Shown here piece after piece: positions 1-8,966 of a DNA stretch of 64,000 bases; positions within the stretch are counted from its first letter, which is position 1; the number at the start of each line of letters is the position of its first letter. The notes beneath the pieces are model-generated. The model worked only from the letters and a program-made list of their open reading frames with translations. It ran no database searches and had not been told where the DNA came from. Where the stretch lies: contig JBDREC010000099.1 of NCBI GenBank assembly GCA_043820105.1, positions 1 through 64,000 on the forward strand, given 5' to 3'. The position numbers were made by a program, and so were the translations under genes. This stretch comes from Pseudomonadota bacterium. GTDB taxonomy: Bacteria > Bdellovibrionota_F > JAHFAK01 > JBDREC01.

Positions 1-2418
1 ATTATCTTTATTAAAAAGAATGCTTGGATTTTCATGTGATAAAAGATCTGAGATGTAATCTAGTTGTGCCTCATAGTGCTTTTTAATATCATCATTCAGG
101 ATTTCATCATATTCTGTAAACAAGGCTTTGTTTTCTTCATATACTTCTTTATATCTTTTATAAGTTGCTTCTATTTCATTTAACTTTTTATAGACCTCTG
201 CTTCTTTTATTGTTTCTTTATTATTTAAAAGTAATTTGCAGGTTAAAGCAGTGTTAAGAATTGGTTTGTTTATGTCATGCATGTATTTTGATATACTCTC
301 TCTTCCCTGTTTTGAGATCGAACTGGATCTTTTTTTGAGGTAGTTTTGAATGTCTTTCAAAATCACCTGCTCAAGATCTGTTTTATTGATGTCTGGTGAA
401 AAAGAGCCTGTTGCCTTACATTTTGAAGCTTTTTCTAAAAGACTTTCTGAATCAGTATCTGAGCTAAGATATAATAAAGTTTTGTCATTTTCTTCTCTTA
501 ATAGTTTTAGTAAGTCTTCACCCAGCATGCTTTCCGTTCCCAAGTGATTGTCACTGATCACTATATCAGGCTTTTTGATTTCCAATTCACTTAAGGCTTT
601 TCCTGGAGATGTAAATATAAAAATTGAACAGGAATGGTCTATTAAGATATCTTTAAGCAAAGACTGAATATAATTTCCTGTAATGAAATTATCATCAACA
701 ATAAAAATGTTCAGTTCTTCCTTTTTTATCTTAGGTTTCTTAATATGCTGCTTGGCTTTTTCAAAATCTGCTTCATTTAAACCTTCATATATAAAGTCAA
801 TGAGCTGATCAGTTGAAAGTGGTTTGCTTGCATAAGCTTTTGCGCCAAGATCATAGGCACGCTGAATTTCTTCATCTAAATATCGGTTTGAATGAACCAA
901 GCTGCTAAGCTTTAATTTTTGTTTTGAAACTTCTTCAAGAAAATCATATCCATTTTTATCTTCATTTAAATCTATATCAACAATTGCATATTCAATATTT
1001 TCTTTTTTAACAAGCTCTATGCACTCATCGACTTTGTCAGCATCATACAGGATTATTAGTTTTGAAAGAGTTTCATCTGTCTCAATTGCATTTCTCACAA
1101 AAGCTCTGTAAAGAGTTTCATCTTCTAATAATACAACTTTAATTTTATCATGTGTTGATAAAAAATTTAACTTTTTATCAAGATATTCTTCTAAAGGTTC
1201 ATATTTAACAAAAAGGATTTCATTTGTATTCTTTGGAAGTAAGTCTTGATTGTGTTTCTCTGTTTTCTTTGAGGCAGGGATCGTGATAACAAATTCGACA
1301 CCAGTTTTGCATTCAGTATTCCGTATTTCGTATTTCGTGTTTCTTGCTTCTATCGTTCCCCCATGCAAAGTTACAATTTTATGAGCAGATGCTAAACCTA
1401 AACCAGTTCCTGACTTTTTACCTTTAGTAAAAAAAGAATCAAAAAGGTGTGCAATGTCTTCTTCTTTAAATTTAGGGCCATTATTGCCAATTGTGATTTC
1501 AACAAAATCGTTATCTTTTTTTCTAACATCTCTTGTATTAAAACAGATTGAGCTTGTAGCTTGTGGCTTGTAGCTTGTAGAGCATGTATCTTTTAATTTT
1601 TCCTGCTGATAGCTGACAGCTGATTTCTGATTGCTCTTTAACGCTTCAATCCCATTTCCAATAATATTAGCAAAAACCCTTGCTATACGTTCGTCGTCCA
1701 ATAGGGCTTGTTTCGTATTTCTTAACTGGTATTCAAAGTTAATATTTATATCCTTATATATTTGGATTGTCTGCCTGATTGAAAAATCTAAAAGACTTGC
1801 AATTGGCTCAGGTTTTGTTTCAAGTTTCATCTCTCTTGAAAAATCAAGAATATCAGAAATCATCTTTTCAACATGGATGATGGTATGATCAACAGTTGTT
1901 TTAGCTTTTTCAAGTGCCTTGGGATCTTTTTTAAGCTTGTCAATCATAGAAAGCATAGATTTCATGCTTGTAAAGGGCTTTCTAATGTCATGAGCAAGCA
2001 TCTGAGTCGTTTGGCCAATGGCAGCGAGTTTGGCATTTTCTTCTGCTTTTTTCTGAAATGATTCAACTTCTTTTATTAGGCATGAGTATTCTTCTACCAG
2101 ATAACTAAATTCGCTATATAGATTAGGAAGATCAAAAGGATTTATTTTTTTATTTGTTCTATACATTTTAATATTTTTTATAAGAACTTTTATCGGATTA
2201 ATAATATCTTGAGATATAATTGCAGCTACAACAAAGGAAAATAATATACTAACTGCAATAGCAATCATAAGTGGATTCTTATGCCCATAAATCACTTGAT
2301 TGTATTTTATGAGTTCATAAAGTGCAAAAATGGTGCATGGTCCAGCACTGCTTATAGAAACTAACAGAAATGTTCTTAGAAAAATTGAATTTTTTTCTAT
2401 TTCTTTCTTTTCGCTCAT
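1..2418 (-). CDS. Hybrid sensor histidine kinase (2 TM, HAMP-like, DHp, HATPase, two REC domains), 3' end runs off the window
   Basis: Not in the ORF track because it has no stop inside the window. Hand translation from ATG 2418, which overlaps the upstream stop as ATGA: H-box QMLAHDIRKPF, N-box VFANIIGNGIEA, G1 IGNNGP, F-box LFDSFFT, G2 GTGLGL, REC1 (VVLLEDE...AIVDIDL...SKP), REC2 (IFIVDD...PDIVISD). Frame checked at several points down to base 1. Confidence 0.9.
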   Translation of the reverse strand, partial: MSEKKEIEKNSIFLRTFLLVSISSAGPCTIFALYELIKYNQVIYGHKNPLMIAIAVSILFSFVVAAIISQDIINPIKVLIKNIKMYRTNKKINPFDLPNLYSEFSYLVEEYSCLIKEVESFQKKAEENAKLAAIGQTTQMLAHDIRKPFTSMKSMLSMIDKLKKDPKALEKAKTTVDHTIIHVEKMISDILDFSREMKLETKPEPIASLLDFSIRQTIQIYKDININFEYQLRNTKQALLDDERIARVFANIIGNGIEALKSNQKSAVSYQQEKLKDTCSTSYKPQATSSICFNTRDVRKKDNDFVEITIGNNGPKFKEEDIAHLFDSFFTKGKKSGTGLGLASAHKIVTLHGGTIEARNTKYEIRNTECKTGVEFVITIPASKKTEKHNQDLLPKNTNEILFVKYEPLEEYLDKKLNFLSTHDKIKVVLLEDETLYRAFVRNAIETDETLSKLIILYDADKVDECIELVKKENIEYAIVDIDLNEDKNGYDFLEEVSKQKLKLSSLVHSNRYLDEEIQRAYDLGAKAYASKPLSTDQLIDFIYEGLNEADFEKAKQHIKKPKIKKEELNIFIVDDNFITGNYIQSLLKDILIDHSCSIFIFTSPGKALSELEIKKPDIVISDNHLGTESMLGEDLLKLLREENDKTLLYLSSDTDSESLLEKASKCKATGSFSPDINKTDLEQVILKDIQNYLKKRSSSISKQGRESISKYMHDINKPILNTALTCKLLLNNKETIKEAEVYKKLNEIEATYKRYKEVYEENKALFTEYDEILNDDIKKHYEAQLDYISDLLSHENPSILFNKDN
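1309..1343. repeat. Heptamer tandem repeat (GTATTTC)n inside the kinase gene
   Basis: gcattca gtattcc gtatttc gtatttc gtgtttc. Confidence 0.75.
1551..1635. repeat. Two heptamer arrays, (AGCTTGT)4 and (GCTGATW)4, inside the kinase HATPase domain
   Basis: agcttgt agcttgt ggcttgt agcttgt ag (1551-1580); gctgata gctgaca gctgatt tctgatt gct (1605-1635). Confidence 0.8.
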
Positions 2419-2972
2419 GGTTGTATTTCACTTATTAAAATGTTACTATCTTTTAACACTGGAGTTAAAAACTTTATGAAAAGGATACCAAAAATAATCG
2501 AGCAAGGAATATTTCCAATCAGCCATACTTTTATATTGTTTCCATAAGCAAACATATTTGTTATTTCTCCTATAAAATATAGATATGTGCATCCCACAAC
2601 TGCTCCTATAGCATGTGGAATTATTGCACAAAAAACTGTAAACATGGCATAATCTTTTAATTTTATATTATATATTGATATTTTAAGCTTTCTTGCAAAA
2701 TAAAAGGGAAGCGCGCATTGAATGAAGTTTGCAGGAATAAAGCCACAGATATGATGAATTGAACCATCAGTTACGCCATTAGTAATACATGGGAACATAG
2801 TTCCGGCTAATATTCCAGGCCATCCAAAGAAAATCCCTGATATTGTTTGAATAACTGAAGCTGGCCAAAAGTAACTGATATTTGAATAAATAGGAAATGA
2901 AATTGTACCCATGGAACCAAGAATTGTTCCCAAAACAAAAATAGTACAAAATATAAAAAAGTTCTTTTTCAT
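2415..2972 (-). CDS. Polytopic membrane protein, MASE1/ECF S-component-like sensor
   Basis: 185 aa with about 5-6 hydrophobic helices; FWPAS...GIFFGWPG and PANFIQ segments resemble MASE1-type domains; GGGG RBS; ATGA coupling to the kinase. Confidence 0.6.
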   Translation of the reverse strand: MKKNFFIFCTIFVLGTILGSMGTISFPIYSNISYFWPASVIQTISGIFFGWPGILAGTMFPCITNGVTDGSIHHICGFIPANFIQCALPFYFARKLKISIYNIKLKDYAMFTVFCAIIPHAIGAVVGCTYLYFIGEITNMFAYGNNIKVWLIGNIPCSIIFGILFIKFLTPVLKDSNILISEIQP

Positions 2973-3006
2973 GTAACCCCCAAGTTAGAAAATCATTTTT
3001 GTAAAC

Positions 3007-5877
3007 CTATCGTCTACTTATTATTATTGCATCATTATCTAATTGTAAAACGCCATTGTCTAATCTTTCTATTATTAAACTTCTAACTTTTTCATACTCA
3101 GATTGTGAAATATCATCTATGTTTTTCTGTATCATTAATGATAATATGTTTTTTGCTGTTTCAGTCAATTGTGACTTAGAAATTGGTAGTTCAACATCTT
3201 TTAAATCTAGATGGCTTGGAATATCAACAGTTATTATTTCAAAAACTGTATTTCGTTTCATGATATTTACAATGTCCTCCCCAGTTATTGCTGGTTTTGG
3301 CACAAATAAGTCTTTAAGAATAGACATAATTGAGGTTTTGCTTCCAATAATCACAACAAAACTTCCATTTTCTGATAGAGTTTCCGCTATTTCTGGTACA
3401 AGCTCCAGATCAAGTAAGTGTAAACTGTGAGAGGCAAATAGCAAATCATATTCAGGAACTTCGCCACTAGAAAAATAGGTTTCTGCTGATTGGTTTACGA
3501 AATTGGTCCATAACTTATCACTATCCACTGTGCTAAGTTTTAGATCAGCTTTATGAATATAATCCTCAAGAGGTTCAATTATATCTAATTCGAGAGAGGC
3601 AGTCGTGTTTTGAAGGATTTGCTGGGCTAGATGAGTAGTTATTGTACCATCACCACATCCAATATCACATGCTTTTAAGGGGTTATCATCTGTGGATTGT
3701 AATCGTACTCCAGCAACACCTCCAGATGACAATTCAGAAATGAAGGCTTGAATTGTTGCATAGTCAGTACATCTAATTTTAAACTCTGCCAAACCATCGT
3801 GATACCTTGCATTCATGCTGATAGTTTGTCGAGTTTCTTCTTCATCAGATTCCAAAGAAGCTAAGGAATCTTCAGTTACATGTGTATTTTTATCATCAAT
3901 TCCATGCTGTCTATTTCTAATATTTTCATCCTTATGTGTCATATTTGTTCCTCCATTTTGATTTTCTTCTCCAGAAGCAACTATTTCTAATGGCTTAATT
4001 ACTTTTTTATTTCTTTCATCGGGATTCTCAGGCTTTGGTTCAATAAATATCGGTGTTGTTTCATTCGGATCTTGATTGGGGTCAGGTAATACAATGATTT
4101 CATGTTGTTCATCAGGATTCTGAAAAGGATAGGTGTGGTCACCGAGTTCATAATCATCTCCAAAATAAAATGGATATTCTTCTGGAAGATCAGCTGGTGT
4201 ATATAAAGGATATTCGTAAGGAACTTCTATTGGATAGTCAACTTGAAATTCTAAATCCTCATCAGGAGCTTGCTCATAAGGATTTTCATAGCCTGGAGGA
4301 TAATAGTAAGAACCATAATCCTCTTCTTCAATTTCAATATCTTCATGATCTGCATAATAAGGCAAATAAGGCATTTCAATTGGATGTTCAAACTCAACTT
4401 CTGATTCAACATCATCTTGCTGATCTTGATCGCCATCTTCTTTAGGTTCTTCAGGAGATACAATTGGCTTGCCTTCAGGAACATCACCAGGAAAAACAAT
4501 TTCTATATCTGGGTTTTCTATACTAATTAAATCTTCAGGCAAATCAGTAATTATTAGAGTTGAAATTCCAGCAGGTACAGTAAGTTTAAGTGGTGCGAAA
4601 ACTGGCTGTAAAACTGATTGAATAGCTTCATTATCAACAATTAGCATTAAATGTTCTTCTTCTAATAATGCTTCCTGCATAGACAAGGCTTTTGTATCAA
4701 CTGCTAAACTACTTCCTCTTGAAACAGTCCTTACACTTGTTCTCCCAATTCTTGATGGAGATGATGTATATCTTCCTGGAGTTGAACTTGATCTAGGTGA
4801 TGAGAAACTAGAAGGCCTTGATTTTCCTCCTTGAATTAATGTCAATTCTGGCTTCTGTGATCCTGGACTTTTGGGAGCTTTACTTTGAGGCGCTGAAGTT
4901 ATTCTTAACATTTTTAAAGCAGCTCCAAAGGCAACAAATGTTGCAGCTCCAAAGCCTGCTGAGATTAAGCTATGCATTGCCAACTCAACCCCTTTTAAAT
5001 CTTCAATTAAAATTCCATCTGTAAGTCCATAAGCTCCTCCCGTTATAGCTCCAATAAGAGCATATCTTGCGAGTAACTGAATGGTTGTTAATTCAGCTGC
5101 AGATGACAAAAACACATAACCTAAGCCAACTGCTCCCAAGAATAAAGCAGGAACAGCTACAACTGCTAAACAATCTCTTTGTGCTTGTTTATATGCTTTT
5201 TGTTCCCAATAAGTAAAAATATCTCTTCTTGCTTGTTCAAAAACAGACTTGCTCCATACATTTTTATAATCCTGCCAGGCAATTGTTGCATAAATAGAAT
5301 CATAAACAAGTTCACAAGAGCTCCAATAGTTTGGAGGACCAGATCCTTCCATCATTATAAACTTGTGAACTTCCCATTTCTTTCTTAATAAACATGCTTC
5401 ATTGAATATTTGCTTATCTGGATTTTTCTTTCTTTGAGCTTCATATTCAGAAGGGCTTGGTAAAAATGGATCAATTAATGAAAACATAAGCTGAAAATGC
5501 TTGAAGCCTAAACTGTCTTTGTCAACTTCAACATCCTGAGAACCAGTTGGTGCTTTATAATAATCAAAATCATCTATTCCTTGAACAGCCTCAACAAGCC
5601 TTAAGCTTAAAAAGGTATTAGCTCCAACTTCATTTAATAATTCAATTGGATTTCTTTCCAATCTTGGATGTGTATTATTATATTTACTAAGAATTTGATG
5701 ATTCAAGTGTGACATTACCTTTGAAAAATCATCAACTCTAATAATTGTTGTATTTGAATGATTTTCTTCTGCAGATAAAAAAACACAAATAGTTAGAAGC
5801 CATATAAAAATATGTCCGATTTTTTTAGCCACTTTTACCAACCCCCAGAAGAACCTAATCTTAGCATTAATCCTCAA
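3007..5877 (-). CDS. Large chimeric exported protein with C-terminal class I SAM methyltransferase (HNMT-like)
   Basis: N-terminal signal-like helix, Gly/Ala-rich hydrophobic helices, Ser/Arg tract, acidic Pro/Tyr linker, then motif I CDIGCGDG, IIEP and YDLLFASHSLH. Confidence 0.75.
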   Translation of the reverse strand: MRINAKIRFFWGLVKVAKKIGHIFIWLLTICVFLSAEENHSNTTIIRVDDFSKVMSHLNHQILSKYNNTHPRLERNPIELLNEVGANTFLSLRLVEAVQGIDDFDYYKAPTGSQDVEVDKDSLGFKHFQLMFSLIDPFLPSPSEYEAQRKKNPDKQIFNEACLLRKKWEVHKFIMMEGSGPPNYWSSCELVYDSIYATIAWQDYKNVWSKSVFEQARRDIFTYWEQKAYKQAQRDCLAVVAVPALFLGAVGLGYVFLSSAAELTTIQLLARYALIGAITGGAYGLTDGILIEDLKGVELAMHSLISAGFGAATFVAFGAALKMLRITSAPQSKAPKSPGSQKPELTLIQGGKSRPSSFSSPRSSSTPGRYTSSPSRIGRTSVRTVSRGSSLAVDTKALSMQEALLEEEHLMLIVDNEAIQSVLQPVFAPLKLTVPAGISTLIITDLPEDLISIENPDIEIVFPGDVPEGKPIVSPEEPKEDGDQDQQDDVESEVEFEHPIEMPYLPYYADHEDIEIEEEDYGSYYYPPGYENPYEQAPDEDLEFQVDYPIEVPYEYPLYTPADLPEEYPFYFGDDYELGDHTYPFQNPDEQHEIIVLPDPNQDPNETTPIFIEPKPENPDERNKKVIKPLEIVASGEENQNGGTNMTHKDENIRNRQHGIDDKNTHVTEDSLASLESDEEETRQTISMNARYHDGLAEFKIRCTDYATIQAFISELSSGGVAGVRLQSTDDNPLKACDIGCGDGTITTHLAQQILQNTTASLELDIIEPLEDYIHKADLKLSTVDSDKLWTNFVNQSAETYFSSGEVPEYDLLFASHSLHLLDLELVPEIAETLSENGSFVVIIGSKTSIMSILKDLFVPKPAITGEDIVNIMKRNTVFEIITVDIPSHLDLKDVELPISKSQLTETAKNILSLMIQKNIDDISQSEYEKVRSLIIERLDNGVLQLDNDAIIISRR

Positions 5878-6003
5878 TGGGACGCTATATTGCTAAACCA
5901 GATCTTCAATAATGTCAAATGTTTTATGCGGAGCGTCTTTTGCTTCTCAGCATATAAATCTCCCTGTTTATCTCTAAATATAAAAAGGGATAGAGTTGAT
6001 AGT

Positions 6004-6018
6004 GCAATCCATATGCCA
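6004..6018 (-). promoter_or_regulatory. sigma54 -24/-12 promoter for the 956-aa gene operon
   Basis: Minus strand TGGCATATGGATTGC (GG-N10-GC; consensus TGGCAC-N5-TTGC). Confidence 0.75.
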
Positions 6019-6240
6019 AAACACGGATTTAAATAATTTCAGTATGTTAAACAAATTGTCATAGTAAAATATTTCAAAAAAGTTTCGAATCCCAGAAAAT
6101 AGTCTCTTTTTTGGGAAAGGATAGTTAATGCTTTATGTACAAAAAAAATTCATTTAATATTTTTCAATTTAATATTTTTCACATGACTTTTTTCATGCCT
6201 TTAACTAATATATTTTACTTATTTAAAAACAGGAGGAATC

Positions 6241-6750
6241 ATGAAAAAATATCTAGTTATAATTATCACAGCTTTATTCGCGATCCCAATATTTGCCCAA
6301 GTTCACGATGTTCCAGCAGAGGTGATGAAGAATTATGATATTAAATATGGAATGGGCATTGGTGTTGAGTCACTTGCTACAACAGCTAATAGAATAAATA
6401 CTATTTCCTTTGTTGCAGATCTTACAGACTCTATAAAGATTGGTGGTAATTTTGGTTTTATTGATACATTTAATCAGTTATTGCTTGGACCAAAGGTAAA
6501 ATATCTGTTTTTTAAACATAAACATGTAAATGTTTTTTCTCAAGCAGGTATTTATTATAGAGAAGCTTTGGCAGCTGGCAGAGGAATATCATGTAATTTA
6601 ACCGGAGGCGTTGAATTCTTTATTCCTGAGGTTGAAGAAGTTGGAATTTCCATTGCTTATGGTTTGGTGGCGGACTTTTTTGGTCAGAACGATTTTGAGT
6701 TTATTAATTCCTATCCTTTTGGGAATTTTGCGATACACTATTATTTTTAG
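6241..6750 (+). CDS. Small outer-membrane beta-barrel protein
   Basis: Signal peptide, amphipathic beta strands, C-terminal HYYF, AGGAGG RBS. Confidence 0.7.
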   Translation: MKKYLVIIITALFAIPIFAQVHDVPAEVMKNYDIKYGMGIGVESLATTANRINTISFVADLTDSIKIGGNFGFIDTFNQLLLGPKVKYLFFKHKHVNVFSQAGIYYREALAAGRGISCNLTGGVEFFIPEVEEVGISIAYGLVADFFGQNDFEFINSYPFGNFAIHYYF

Positions 6751-6778
6751 CTTGTAGCTTGTAGCTGGTAGCTTGTAG
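6748..6778. repeat. Heptamer array (TAGCTTG)4 starting at a stop codon
   Basis: tagcttg tagcttg tagctgg tagcttg tag. Confidence 0.85.
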
Positions 6779-6794
6779 TTTTTAGAGAAGAAGT

Positions 6795-8342
6795 TCAATC
6801 TATCCGATAATGGCAACCGCAGCTTTTTTTATTTAGAGTCGCTGCTCTTAAAATTAGTAAAGCGACATATGATGCATTTCTTAGGCCGATTAGGCTGTCT
6901 GATAATTTTGTGTGATTGTAGAATCTTTCGATTTCGTCGTTTATTTCTTCAAGGAGTTTTTTTGCTCTATTTAGGTGTTTTTTGGTTCTAACAAGACCTG
7001 CGTAATTCCACATTGTCTGCTGTATTGTGAGCCAGTCTTGTTCAACCAGGGCCTGGTCAATTTCTTCTTTTTCATAAAACCATTGGTCTGCATGTGGAAA
7101 GTAATAAACGCCTGTCTTGATTTCTTTTATAATGTTTTTGGCGCAAGATTTACCCATAACAAGACACTCAAGTAGTGATGTTGAAGCAAGTCTGTTGGCT
7201 CCATGTAGACCAGTGCAAGCAACTTCTCCAACGGCTTTTAATCTCTCAACAGTTGTTGTGCCATACATATCAGTATAGACTCCACCGCAGGAATAGTGGG
7301 CTGCTGGTACAACTGGAATAGGTTCTTTTGTTATATCAATTTTAAATTTCATGCACTGTGCGTAAATAGATGGAAAACGTTTTCTTACCCAATCTGCGTC
7401 CTTAAAAGATATATCTAAAAATACATTGCTAGCTTTTGATCTTATCATTTCATTGTGAATTGCCCTGGCTACAATGTCACGTGGTGCAAGTTCAGCTAGT
7501 TCATGATATTTGTCCATGAAGCGTTTGCCCTTATGGTCAATAAGCTTGGCGCCGCTTCCTCTTAGGGCTTCAGATATTAGAAATCTTTTTGATGCTTGGT
7601 GATAAAAAGTTGTAGGATGGAATTGGATATATTCAAGATTGATAATTCTTGCTCCAGCTCTAAAGGCCATTGCAATTCCATCACCACGGGCTCCATCATT
7701 GTTTGATGTATGCTGGTAGATATGTCCAAGGCCACCTGTTGCTAGAATAACTTGCTTTGCAAAAATAGGCTTAACCTTTGATGTTTTTCTATTAAAAACA
7801 TAAGCCCCGCAACAAGTGATTGGATGATATCTGTCAATTGGATTTGTTGAGTGGTGAGATAGGGTAATTAAGTCAATTGCTGTGTGATTTGTAAGTATAT
7901 TTATTCTTTTATTATTTTTGACATGCTCAATATATTTATCAAGAATCGCCTCTCCTGTTTTATCTTTAGAGTGAATGATCCTGTTGCTTGAATGAGCACC
8001 TTCTTTAATTAAAACTAATTGATTTTTATCGTCTCTAGAAAAATTTACATTTAATTTATTTATTAGAATTTTCAGGACAGCCTTTGAGCCATGCTCAGAA
8101 AGGAACTTAACTGCTTCAGGATTAGATAAAGAAGCTCCGGCTTTTATAATATCTCTGTACAGCTTCTGTGGGGAATCCTTTTTACCCTTGTATATTATTC
8201 CACCCTGGGCAAGGTTAGAATTGCAATCATTAATAGAATTATCTCTTGTTAGTAAGGTTACATTAACTTTTTGATCTGCCAGCTCTAAAGCTGCGGTTAA
8301 ACCAGCTAAGCCAGTTCCAATTATTAAAACATCAGCTTTCAT
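6795..8342 (-). CDS. nadB: L-aspartate oxidase
   Basis: GTGLAG FAD motif, AQGGI, EGAHS, QFHPT, SEALRG, LAPRDIVARAI, PAAHYSCGG, GLHGANRLASTSLLE. Confidence 0.95.
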   Translation of the reverse strand: MKADVLIIGTGLAGLTAALELADQKVNVTLLTRDNSINDCNSNLAQGGIIYKGKKDSPQKLYRDIIKAGASLSNPEAVKFLSEHGSKAVLKILINKLNVNFSRDDKNQLVLIKEGAHSSNRIIHSKDKTGEAILDKYIEHVKNNKRINILTNHTAIDLITLSHHSTNPIDRYHPITCCGAYVFNRKTSKVKPIFAKQVILATGGLGHIYQHTSNNDGARGDGIAMAFRAGARIINLEYIQFHPTTFYHQASKRFLISEALRGSGAKLIDHKGKRFMDKYHELAELAPRDIVARAIHNEMIRSKASNVFLDISFKDADWVRKRFPSIYAQCMKFKIDITKEPIPVVPAAHYSCGGVYTDMYGTTTVERLKAVGEVACTGLHGANRLASTSLLECLVMGKSCAKNIIKEIKTGVYYFPHADQWFYEKEEIDQALVEQDWLTIQQTMWNYAGLVRTKKHLNRAKKLLEEINDEIERFYNHTKLSDSLIGLRNASYVALLILRAATLNKKSCGCHYRID

Positions 8343-8441
8343 TATAAATGCCTGCTAATTTATTATTATTTTATTAGCTTATAGGGAAAAATAAGAAAAT
8401 GTAAAGAGACTTATTGTTATGTTTTTTGATTATTATTTTTA

Positions 8442-8966
8442 TTATATTTTTGTTTTTAAAAGATAAACAAAATTAGAGGCTGTAAAAGCTCCTAAAATCC
8501 AAAGGAAGGTAAATAGATTAAGATCGATATTTTTAATTGAGTTAAAAACTATTAAGCTTGCAACAATTAAAAAGGGGATTTTATAAAATCTTATAGAGTA
8601 TAGATAGTATTTATATGTCTTGGGTAATACAAGCTCTGAAAATACAATAGTGGCTGATAAAAATAAGGATCCACATAAAAATGAACAAACATGGGGCCCA
8701 AACAGCATAAACACATTTAAAAGGCCATTGAATTTGTGATGTAGTCTAATCTCAAACTGTGGGCAAACTGCAATAATTAAGGTGCCAATGAACACATGGA
8801 TAGCAGAAACAAAAATTATTGCTTTTAACTTATCTTTGCCAGTTTCTTTGAAAATATTATCAAGAATAGAATTCTCAATGTGTTCAGGAATATTATCCGT
8901 TTTTATAGAATCAAATTCATCAAATTTTTCAATTATTTGATCACAATCGAATTTATCTGATTTCAT
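8442..8966 (-). CDS. Putative membrane anti-sigma factor with Cys/His motifs
   Basis: Overlaps the end of the ECF sigma gene; soluble N-terminus plus about 4 TM helices; CPQF and HVCSFLCG motifs. Confidence 0.6.
   Translation of the reverse strand: MKSDKFDCDQIIEKFDEFDSIKTDNIPEHIENSILDNIFKETGKDKLKAIIFVSAIHVFIGTLIIAVCPQFEIRLHHKFNGLLNVFMLFGPHVCSFLCGSLFLSATIVFSELVLPKTYKYYLYSIRFYKIPFLIVASLIVFNSIKNIDLNLFTFLWILGAFTASNFVYLLKTKI

Noticed and set aside
350-2061. Short plus-strand ORFs (350-547, 1631-1888, 1873-2061)
   Set aside because: Antisense shadows of the minus-strand hybrid kinase; the same applies to the many 60-160 aa ORFs overlapping long genes throughout the window
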